Shown here piece after piece: positions 53,025 to 61,147 of a DNA stretch of 61,147 nucleotides (positions within the stretch are counted from its first letter, which is position 1; every line of letters starts with the position of its first letter). The stretch comes from an uncultured Thermoanaerobaculia bacterium. GTDB taxonomy: Bacteria > Acidobacteriota > Thermoanaerobaculia > Multivoradales > JBCCEF01. The stretch is from positions 1-61,147 of the forward strand of contig CAZNIX010000001.1 in NCBI GenBank assembly GCA_964573125.1. Reading direction: 5' to 3'. A program made the position numbers and the translations under genes. The notes under the pieces are model-generated. The model ran no database searches. It worked only from the letters and a program-made list of their open reading frames with translations, and had not been told where the DNA came from.

Positions 53025-53340
53025 ATGAACGAAGGCCTCTCGCGGAGGGCGGGTTCCGGACGCGCCCAGCGACGAAAGCGCTGGCGGAGCACCAGGGTCT
53101 GGCTGAGCGGCTGTGTCGCAGCAGTACTCGTCGTGGCCGGGTTCTACATGCCGCACCGCGTTCAGGCCGAGGCCCAGGCCGTGTCGGTGGAGTCGCTCGG
53201 CGATGTTCCGGCTCGAGCGCAGGGGGCGGGGCATCTGATCGTCGCCACCTACAACGTCGCTCACGGCCGGGGTGGCGAGTTCGATGCCTCCAACTGGTCC
53301 GGCGGGACGAGGGAGGAGAAGATCCGGCGCCTCGAGATTC
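53025..53340 (+). pseudogene. Possible N-terminal fragment of an endonuclease/exonuclease/phosphatase (EEP) family gene
   Basis: ATG 53025. A TM anchor (VWLSGCVAAVLVVAGFY) is followed by HLIVATYNVAHGRGG, which resembles the first EEP motif. No later EEP motifs follow in any frame that I could read. Confidence 0.3.
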
Positions 53341-53548
53341 CTCGCGACGGCATCGGGATCACGCCTCATGCGACGAGGCGCACCGATCTCAGCTCTCTGC
53401 TATCGGCCGACGGCACCCTCGACCTCACCGGCACCGAGATCGCCTCGCGGATGGCGCTCGCCGCGGTGACGCTGGCAGCACGTGGACCATGTCGTTGATC
53501 GTGGCGCCGATGCGGCCGAGGCCCTCGACGACCTCCAGGTCGAACTCG

Positions 53549-53992
53549 ATGCGCGGTCGGCCGACCCTGCCGGCGGTCCTGCCGGATCCGAATGCGATCG
53601 GCCTCGCCTGGCTCTGGGTCTACCTCGGTGTGTGGGTGCTGTTCGCGCTCTGGATGGGCGCGATCTTTCCGGACCTCGACCTCGGCTACCAGCGCTTCGA
53701 GCGCTACACCGAGATGTGGCTCGGCGATCACGGCGGGCCGGCGACGCTCCAGTTGACGGTGATGGCGGTCCAGGTCCTGATGGTGGTCTACCTCTGGCTC
53801 CGCTACCGCGGCCTCCGCCACCACCGCAGAATCGCGCTCGGCCCGTACCTGGTCCTCGCCGGCGTCGCCCTGCTGCTGCTCGGCCTGCAGCAGGTCTTCC
53901 TCTCGCTTTCCGCCCTCGACCAGCCGCATCTGCTGCCGTGGCCGCAGACCGAAGGCGTGCCGATCCCGGATCCCACACCGGGAACCCCGTAA
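53549..53992 (+). CDS. Hypothetical membrane protein
   Basis: ORF 53489..53992; G/C-rich third positions begin around ATG 53549. Three to four TM helices: IGLAWLWVYLGVWVLFALWMGAIF, LQLTVMAVQVLMVVYLWL, LGPYLVLAGVALLLLGL. Confidence 0.45.
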   Translation: MRGRPTLPAVLPDPNAIGLAWLWVYLGVWVLFALWMGAIFPDLDLGYQRFERYTEMWLGDHGGPATLQLTVMAVQVLMVVYLWLRYRGLRHHRRIALGPYLVLAGVALLLLGLQQVFLSLSALDQPHLLPWPQTEGVPIPDPTPGTP

Positions 53993-54300
53993 GGGGAATC
54001 GCGCGGCAACGAGGCAGCGACTTGGTCACGAAGGAGCTGTCGAGCCGCGTGAGCCGGATCGTCCTCGAACCGCAGCGTGTGGCATTCGGTTCGAGACCAG
54101 CCGGGCTGCATACGCGATGTCCGCTCGACTTCGACCGAGAGCGCCGAGGATGCGACCCGCTATCGCGACTGGTAACAACGGGCCGGAGGCCTCACCTGGC
54201 ATAGGAGTCGACTCCCGGTGAAGAGCAGCCGCACCGGTGGCGGCGCTACAATCTCGTGCATCCCCTGATTACCGATCCACCGACCCGGAGGCGAATCGCG

Positions 54301-55560
54301 ATGAGATTCCTCGCCCTCACCCTGTTCCTGATGACCGCGGCGTCCGCCGAGGCCGAGGAGATCGTCGCCGAGACCGAGCACCTGCGCTGGGTCTGGACCG
54401 ATAGCGCGATGGATGCCGAAGACCGCGAGCTGGTGCAGGAGTGGGGCGAGGCGACGTATCGCGAGGTCGCCGAGATGCTGGGGATCCGCCGCGAGGAGCG
54501 TACGGTGGTCCTGATGAACGGACCTTCGGCACGGCCCGACGGGAGCTGGGGGATTCCTCACGTCGACTCGGGAGGCCGGGTCCACCTCTACCGCTTCGGT
54601 CCCACCCGTCACGACTACCTGAGCGCCTTCGCACACGAGCTTGTCCACTCGTTCCGGGCCGACCGGCTGCCGCATCACGACTGGTTCTTCGAGGAGGGTT
54701 TCGCCGAGCTCGTCGCTCTGCGCATCAACGACGGGACCCGCGGCTTTCCCTGGTACGACTTTCCGGTCGACGTGGTGGCCGGGCAGTGGGTGGCGGCCGG
54801 CCTCGATCTGCCGATGCCGATGCTCCGCGAACGGCACGGCGAGCTGAACCTCCCGTGCAAGCTCCAGGTCTACGCCCTGCGCGGCTCGTTCTTCGAGGAT
54901 CTCGGCCGGCGCTTCGGCGACGCGGCCCTGCTCGAGATGGCGTCGCGCGAGCAGGCGGGCTCGCGGGAGGACTACCGGGACGTCCTCGGCGCCGATCTCG
55001 ACGCCCTCGCCCGCGAATGGCGCGAGCGGCTACTCGCCCGGTGGGCGGCGATCGAGGATGCGCCGGCCCAGGCGGAGCGCTACCGCACGGACTCGCCGGC
55101 GAAGTACCAGCCGATGTGCTCACCGGACGGCGCCCGGCTGGAGCCCGAGATCGCCGGCGAGCCCGAGACGGAGCGGCCGCAGCCGGCCACGGTCACCGCG
55201 AAGGGCAAGCCGATCGAATACCGCTGGTACGGCACGGCACCGTTCTGCTCCTCCTCTCCGAGCGACTGCAAGGAGGACGAGGGCTGGTACTTCTGGCTCA
55301 CCAACGCCTGGGGCACCGGCCGCCTCTGCTTCGCCGGTAGCAAGTCGCTCTGTGTCAACGTCCGGAAGTCCGAGTACTGCGACATCCACTGGGTCGGCGA
55401 CGAGCCCGACTGCTCCCTCAGCGGGTTCTTCTGCATCAACAAGGGCGGCGTGGTCATCGCCACCGCGACCGGCTACGAGGGCTTGGGATGCACGACCGGC
55501 GCGGCCACGCTCTGCGCCAAGCCGTGCGCCGATCCTCCACGCGCCCCCGGCTCCCGATGA
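54301..55560 (+). CDS. Secreted HExxH zinc metallopeptidase-like protein with Cys-rich C-terminal domain
   Basis: ORF 54256..55560, ATG 54301 (signal MRFLALTLFLMTAASAEA). AFAHELVHSF (HExxH) is followed by FFEEGFAELVA (a gluzincin-like third ligand, E). The last ~110 aa contain 12 Cys (APFCSSSPSDCKED..LCFAGSKSLCVNV..YCDIHW..PDCSLSGFFCIN..LGCTTGAATLCAKPC). Confidence 0.6.
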   Translation: MRFLALTLFLMTAASAEAEEIVAETEHLRWVWTDSAMDAEDRELVQEWGEATYREVAEMLGIRREERTVVLMNGPSARPDGSWGIPHVDSGGRVHLYRFGPTRHDYLSAFAHELVHSFRADRLPHHDWFFEEGFAELVALRINDGTRGFPWYDFPVDVVAGQWVAAGLDLPMPMLRERHGELNLPCKLQVYALRGSFFEDLGRRFGDAALLEMASREQAGSREDYRDVLGADLDALAREWRERLLARWAAIEDAPAQAERYRTDSPAKYQPMCSPDGARLEPEIAGEPETERPQPATVTAKGKPIEYRWYGTAPFCSSSPSDCKEDEGWYFWLTNAWGTGRLCFAGSKSLCVNVRKSEYCDIHWVGDEPDCSLSGFFCINKGGVVIATATGYEGLGCTTGAATLCAKPCADPPRAPGSR

Positions 55561-55869
55561 GCCCCCCGCCGCGGGTGACCGGACCGCCGCCACTCCTCCT
55601 ACGAGGCCGCGCGAGGTGATCGCAGCGGCGATGAGAGAGGTCGCAGGCGACCGAGCTCACCGTACGCACCGCGCAGACCGAGCACGATCGAGTCGTGGCC
55701 GCCCTCCGGAGGCGGATCCCCCCGTGCGCATCGGAGACCATGGCTGCGCCTACGCGAGCGCGGAGAGCCGGTAGTTGAAATCCACGCCCGGCATCCGCTA
55801 GCTTCGACCAGCCCCTCGGGGGCGAAAAGGCCAACCCAGGGACCGTCCAGGCTAAGCAGGAGGCGGCTG

Positions 55870-56322
55870 ATGTGGCCCTTCAAGCGGAAGTATCCCGATA
55901 GGCGAGAGCTCCAGGTCGCCGATAGCTGGTCGCTCTCGCAAGGCTCCCACGACGGTCATCCGCTCATCGTGCGGGTCAACCGTGGCGTCGCCGAGGCCGT
56001 CGGCCACCCCGCTTTCGCGCACCAGGTCGGCGTGGCCTTTCCGCTCCATTCGCCGGACGCGAACGGCTTCCCTGGCGCCGAGGAGACGGAGCAGCTCGAC
56101 GAGATCGAGGAGCTCGTGGTGGCGAGGCTCGGCGCGGACCGGCAGTGCCTCCACGTCGCCACCCTCTCAACCGGTGGCATGCGCGAGCTGGTGTTCTATT
56201 CGTCCGATCCCGCGGCGACCGACGCCGCCCTCGGGGAGCTCGCTGGCGAGGTCCGGACCCACGAGCTCCAGCACATCATCCAGCCGGACCCCAAGTGGCG
56301 CGTCTACCGGCAGTTCGCCTGA
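55870..56322 (+). CDS. DUF695-like protein
   Basis: 150 aa. PLIVRVNRGV...HQVGVAFPLHSPDANGFPGAEETEQLDEIEE.....GGMRELVFYSSDP matches my memory of the DUF695 layout (regulator-of-RNase-E-inhibitor-like fold). Confidence 0.55.
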   Translation: MWPFKRKYPDRRELQVADSWSLSQGSHDGHPLIVRVNRGVAEAVGHPAFAHQVGVAFPLHSPDANGFPGAEETEQLDEIEELVVARLGADRQCLHVATLSTGGMRELVFYSSDPAATDAALGELAGEVRTHELQHIIQPDPKWRVYRQFA

Positions 56323-56704
56323 CTCGAGCCGCTCACCGTGGCTGAGCACCGCCAGCGCCTCGTAGACCGCCTGCTCCTCGGGATCGTGGCGGCGGCGCTG
56401 GGAGTGGAAGGGAGGCGGGGTCGGGACCACCACCCGTGTGCGCGCCGAACGGACGGCCGCCGCGTGGGTCGCCGCGTGGACCGCGACGTCGTAGGGGACG
56501 CACCGCGGCTGGGCGCGCCGGCGATCCCCGGCTCGCGCCGAGCGGGAGCGCCGGTGGAAGGCGGGGCGGGCCGGTCGCACATCGCAGATTGAGCCCGGGA
56601 AGTGAAGGCAGGCGCCCCGGCTACGAGTCGCGGTCGCCAGACTGCGGTCACTCGGTCCTACGCAGGATCGAAGGCCACCAGCCGGAGAACCTCCGCGCTT
56701 CGCG

Positions 56705-57229
56705 TCAGTGCTTGACCCGATAGAGGACGTAGACGCAGCCGTTCGCGAACCGCCGGCACTCCTGTAGCTCGAGGTCGATCTGCCGGCTCATGGGATGGAA
56801 CAGGGGGATGCCGGAGCCGAGGACGACCGGATGGATGTTGAACCCGATCTCGTCGATCAGTCCGGCCTCGAACAGCGAATGCGCCAGCTCGCCCCCGCCC
56901 ATGACACAGATGTCCTTGCCGGCCTGTTGCTTGAGCTCGCCGACGAACTCCGCGGCGTCCGTCCGGACCACGACGACGTTCCCGCCAGGATCGGTCTCGA
57001 GGGTCCGGGAGAAGACGAAGTTCTGAACCCCGGGATAACCGGTGCCCTGACCCATCCGGACGGCCACCTCCCAGGTCTTCCGTCCCATCACGACCGTGTC
57101 GATGGTCTTCCAGAAGTCCTTCATGACTGCGGCGACCTCGTCGCCCCACAAGAGCCAGTCCACCGAGTGATCGGGGCGAGCCAGGTAGTTGTCCAGGCTG
57201 TTCGCGCCGCCAAACGTCACCTTGCGCAT
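56705..57229 (-). CDS. Dihydrofolate reductase-family (RibD C-terminal domain) protein
   Basis: MRKVTFGGANSLDNYLARPDHSVDWL...IDTVVMGRKTWE...ICVMGGGELAHSLFEAGLIDEIGFNIHPVVLGSGIPLF is the typical YwjB/RibD_C pattern. Confidence 0.8.
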   Translation of the reverse strand: MRKVTFGGANSLDNYLARPDHSVDWLLWGDEVAAVMKDFWKTIDTVVMGRKTWEVAVRMGQGTGYPGVQNFVFSRTLETDPGGNVVVVRTDAAEFVGELKQQAGKDICVMGGGELAHSLFEAGLIDEIGFNIHPVVLGSGIPLFHPMSRQIDLELQECRRFANGCVYVLYRVKH

Positions 57230-57409
57230 GGCTCTGGTCCTTTCTCGTCGATCCGGTCAGGCACGGCGTGCACTCCGAGGGAGAATACCGGTGACCGTCG
57301 TGTCCATGCCGGGGCGGATGGCAACTCCTTTGGAGTCGCTCTTCAGCAGTTCCTCCGCCGGGAGGTCGCAGGCCAGGGTGCCAGTCAGCCCCACGAGGAC
57401 AGCGATGGC

Positions 57410-57622
57410 CACCCCTGCCTTGGCCGCCCCGGTCTGCGGATTGCGCCGCTTCTCGGTACGGATCACTCCCGCCTTCTCCTGCGCCGTGCCGATCAACAGC
57501 ACCCCCTCCTCGGCGCGGAAGTCCGCGAGCCGCTCCCGGGCCACCTCCTCCTTGCGCTGCCCCTTCTCGAAGGCCGCCAGATCCGCCCCCTCCGACTGGG
57601 CGAACCTCTCGATGGACTGCAC
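57410..57622 (-). pseudogene. N-terminal stub of an uncharacterised conserved gene
   Basis: IERFAQSEGADLAAFEKGQRKEEVARERLADFRAEEGVLLIGTAQEKAGVIRTEKRRNPQTG resembles the start of a longer family (F.KGQRK....GVL.IG.AQEK..V.RTEKR.NP.TG). The rest of ORF 57257..57622 is unrelated and runs up to the DHFR-family gene. Confidence 0.35.
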
Positions 57623-57635
57623 GAAGTCCCGCGGG

Positions 57636-60315
57636 TCACTCCTCGCGCAGCGCCGCCAGCGGGTCGGCGCGGGTGGCGCGGCGGGCGGGTAGGGCGCAGG
57701 CGACGAGCGCCGTGGCGACGAGGACGGCGGTGACCACCGCGAGCACGCGCGGCTCGAGCGGCGCGACCGCGAAGAGCAGGGAGGCGAGGAGCCGGCCGAC
57801 CCAGGCGGCGCCGAGCAGGCCGAGCAGGACGCCCGGCAGCGCCAGGCGCAGGCCGCGGTACAGCACCAGGCGGGCGACCGCGGCGGGGACCGCGCCGAGC
57901 GCGATACGGATCCCGAACTCGTGGCGGCGGCCGGCGACCGCGAGCGCCGTCACGCCGTAGATCCCGAGTGCGGCGAGGACGAGCGCCGCGGCGGCGAAGC
58001 CGGCGAGCAGCCGGTTGGTCAGCCGCCGAGTGCTCACCGAGCGGCCGACGGCGTCCGCGAGGCTGCGCAGGTCGTAGAGCGGCACGGTCGGGTCGAGCGC
58101 GCGCAGCTCGCTCCGGAGCAGGGGGACGATCGCGGCGGCCGGTTGCGCGGTGCGCACCACCAAGTCGACGCCCCAGCGCGGGTCCTGTCCGTGGGGCCGG
58201 TAGATGTAGGGGGCGGTCGGGCCGTCGAGCCGGCGGTGCTTGATCGGCGCAGCCACGCCGACGATCGTCAGCCACGGGTTGTTCGCGACGTCGCCGTGCC
58301 GGATCCGCCGGCCGACCGCCTCGCCGTCCGGCCAGTATCGACGCGCCAGCGACTGATCGACGACCGCGACCGGCGGCGCAGCGGCGCCGTCGCCCGCGGT
58401 GAACGCGCGGCCGGCGAGGAGCCGCGTGCCGACCGCGGCGAAGTAGTCGGGCGAGACCGGGCGGATGCTCGCCACCGGGATCGGCTCGCCGGGCCCCGGT
58501 TCCCGCCCCTCGACGACGAACTCGTGCTGGTGGTCGCCGCGGCCGAACGGCGCGGTCTGGGTGATCGCGGCGGCCTCGACGCCCGGCAGGGTGCGCAGCC
58601 GCTCGAGCAGCCGGTCGTGGAACGCGGCGGGGTCGGGGTGCCGGTCGTAGGGGAGCGAGAGGCGCGCGGCGAGGACGTTCTCGGCGCGGAAGCCGGGATC
58701 GACCGCGAGCAGGTGGCGGAAGCTCTCGATGAGCAGGCCGGTGGCGGCGAGCAGGACCAGCGAGAGGGCGAACTGGGCGACGACGAAGGCGTGGGCGAGC
58801 CGCCGGTCGCCGCGCGACGCCGTACCCCGCGCGCCGGCCTTGAGCACGCTCCCGACCGGCACCCGCGCCGCGCCCAGTGCCGGCGCCAGGCCGGATCCGA
58901 GCGCGGTGGCGAGGGCGGCCGCGATCGCGAAGGTGAGCACCGTCCGATCGAGCGCGATCCCTTCGAGATGAGGGAGGCGCTCGAGCACGACCGGCTCGAC
59001 CGCCCGCGCGCCCCACGCCGCGAGCAGCAGGCCGGCGGCGGCGCCGGCGAGGCCGAGGAGCATGCTCTCGACGAGGAGCCGGCGCGCGATCCGCCACGGT
59101 CCGGCGCCGAGCGAGCAGCGGACCGCGAACTCCCGGCTGCGCGCCGCGCTCCGCGCCAGCAGGAGGTTGCCGAGGTTGGCGCAGGCGATCAGCAACACCG
59201 TGCCGACCGCGCCGAGCAGCACCAGCAGCGGCGCCCGCACCTCGCCGGTCAGCCGGCTGGCGAGCGGCACGGTGACCGCAAGCGAGAGCTCGCCGGCGGC
59301 TGCAGCGGGCTCCCGCAGTTTCCGGAAGTCGTCGGCGAGCCGGCCGATCTCGCGCGCGGCGTCGGCCGCGGTCGCGCCCGGCGCGAGCCTGCCGAGGGCC
59401 GAGTAGCACCAGCAGTCGACGCTGTCCGGGTCGACCCCGATCGGCACCCACAGCTCGGTGCGGTCGGGGAAGTGGAACCCCGGCGGCATGATCCCGACGA
59501 CCACCGTCGGCAGCCCGTCGAGGTCGATCGCCCGGCCGAGGATCGCGGGATCGCCGCCGAAGCGCCGCTGCCAGAGCCCGTGGCCGAGGATCGCGACCAG
59601 GTTGTTGCCCGGCGTCTCCTCCTCGGGGCGGAAGGTCCGGCCGTGGAGCGGCCGCGCGCCGAGCACGTCGAAGAACTCGCCGGCGACGTTGGTCCCGAGC
59701 AGGCGCTCGGCGTCGTCGCCGCCCGCGAGGTTGAACCCGGTGCCGGTGTAGATCGCGATCGTCTCGAACGCACGGCTGCGGTCGCGGAGGTGGACGTACA
59801 GCGCCTCGGGGAGGTCGACCACCGGCAGTCCCTTGGCCGGCGCGGTCAGCCAGAACTCGACCAGGCGCTCGGGCTCGGCGTAGGGCAGCGGGCGGAGCAG
59901 GACCGCGTGGACGGCGCTGAAGACCACGGCGCCGGCGCCGATCCCGAGCGCGAGCGTGAGCAGCGCGACCGCGGTCGTGCCGGGGCTGCGGCGGAGCGCG
60001 CGCAAGGCATGGCGGAGGTCGGCGCCGAGGCCGCCGAAGATGCCGCCCCAGGCCGCGCGCTCGGGAGCGGGCGGGTCCGGACGCGCCGGGAGTTCGACCC
60101 GGGCGAGTCCCCCGGCGAGGTCGCCGTCGAGCTCGGCGAGCGCCGCCCGGCGCGCCTCCTCCGGGGGCTCGCCCGCCGCGCGCAGCTCGGCGTAGCGGTC
60201 GCCGAGGTGCTGGGCCAGCTCCTCAACGATCTCCGCCTCGCGCACCGGCGGCAGCTCGAGCCGCCCCAGGCGCGCCCGGATCTCGGCGGCCCACTCGGAC
60301 GCCCGCCCGGAGAGC

Positions 60316-60323
<8 letters not shown>
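57636..60323 (-). CDS. ADOP-family duplicated ABC-transporter permease (MacB/FtsX-like)
   Basis: 895 aa. The N-terminal 'permease prefix' helix is WAAEIRARLGRLELPPVREAEIVEELAQHLGDRYAEL. Two MacB periplasmic domain + FtsX 4-TM modules follow. An 8-nt overlap with the upstream PadR gene is the usual ADOP arrangement. Confidence 0.9.
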
Positions 60324-60648
<325 letters not shown>

Positions 60649-60781
60649 GGCTGCCTCCGATATGTTTGACTGCACTATATAGGAGTCAGACTGCCCGCGT
60701 CAAGTGTCCTCGATGACCGGAGGACGAGCGTTTCGTCTACGTCGTAACCGCTGCGGCCTCACCGCGCGACGCGTGGTACTC

Positions 60782-61147
60782 TACGTGCTGCAAGCCGCGC
60801 TCGCCGCCTGCCACGCCCGCGCGCGCCGGGCCGCCGATACCGACTGGCCGCGCATCGCCGCGCTCTATGACCGGCTGCGCGTCGTGGCGCCCTCGCCCGT
60901 GGTCGATCTCAATCGCGCGATCGCCCACGGCATGGCCTTCGGGCCTGAAGCGGGCCTCAGACTGGTGGACGAGATCGCCGACGCCGACGCCCTCCGCCAC
61001 TATGCGCCCTTGCCGGCGGCGAGGGGCGACTTTCTGTTCCGGGCCGGCCGACTGGCCGAGGCGCGTTCAGAATTCGAGGCTGCGGCCACGCTGACCCGCA
61101 ACGTGCGGGAAAGGGCCTTTCTCCTCGCACGGGCGGACGCCTGCGAC
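60782..61147 (+). pseudogene. 3' portion of an ECF-type sigma factor gene (DUF6596-like C-terminal domain), 5'-truncated and running off the window
   Basis: Frame 60788.. reads LQAALAACHARARRAADTDWPRIAALYDRLRVVAPSPVVDLNRAIAHGMAFGPEAGLRLVDEI..ARGDFLFRAGRLAEARSEFEAAATLTRNVRERAFLLARA. This is the conserved C-terminal domain of a class of ECF sigma factors. No sigma regions 2/4 precede it. Confidence 0.6.

Overview
This is a 61.1-kb, very G+C-rich bacterial chromosomal segment. An ADOP-type duplicated FtsX permease with a PadR partner, futalosine-pathway menaquinone genes and several FG-GAP/ELWxxDGT exoproteins suggest an Acidobacteriota-like genome; this is inference from motifs only. nt 1-13,073 is an ordinary housekeeping block: cusA (5' partial), Fic, a UbiA-type prenyltransferase plus mqnE, a deoxynucleoside kinase, an SGNH hydrolase, panB-panC-panD, a small membrane protein and thiG, ending in tRNA-Arg(ACG). 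From the tRNA to about 51 kb the window is a mosaic accessory region. It has patches of visibly lower G+C, one intact and two fragmentary copies of a tyrosine recombinase, and an intact ISAzo13-family IS. It also has three sets of long direct repeats made by partial gene duplications, three frame-disrupted genes (BlaI-like, RadC, ArsB/NhaD permease) and several gene stubs. The best candidate for an undescribed system is a 1165-aa protein (14451-17948, minus strand) in a lower-G+C islet directly 3' of the tRNA. It fuses an N-terminal nitrilase-superfamily C-N hydrolase domain (Glu-Lys-Cys contexts intact) to a STAND-type P-loop NTPase and a C-terminal TPR array. That is the Avs/NLR-like antiphage architecture, but with an effector class I do not know from described systems. 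A 3-TM protein lies convergent next to it. Other notable items:
- a RadC / 64-aa / truncated ComM-like / 94-aa / 53-aa operon whose last two genes are duplicated around a low-G+C insert and recur as a stub at 60.7 kb;
- an Mrr-type nuclease next to the integrase;
- a low-G+C TIGR02391 / SH3b-multi-TM / TM cluster;
- a three-copy ~100-160-nt interspersed repeat around two giant exoprotein genes;
- a secreted PLA2-like plus SGNH lipase pair;
- a retropepsin-like protease with a small overlapping partner.
51-61 kb looks mostly chromosomal again but still contains gene remnants. I found no rRNA and no CRISPR array. All calls rest on reading translated motifs; no database search was possible.
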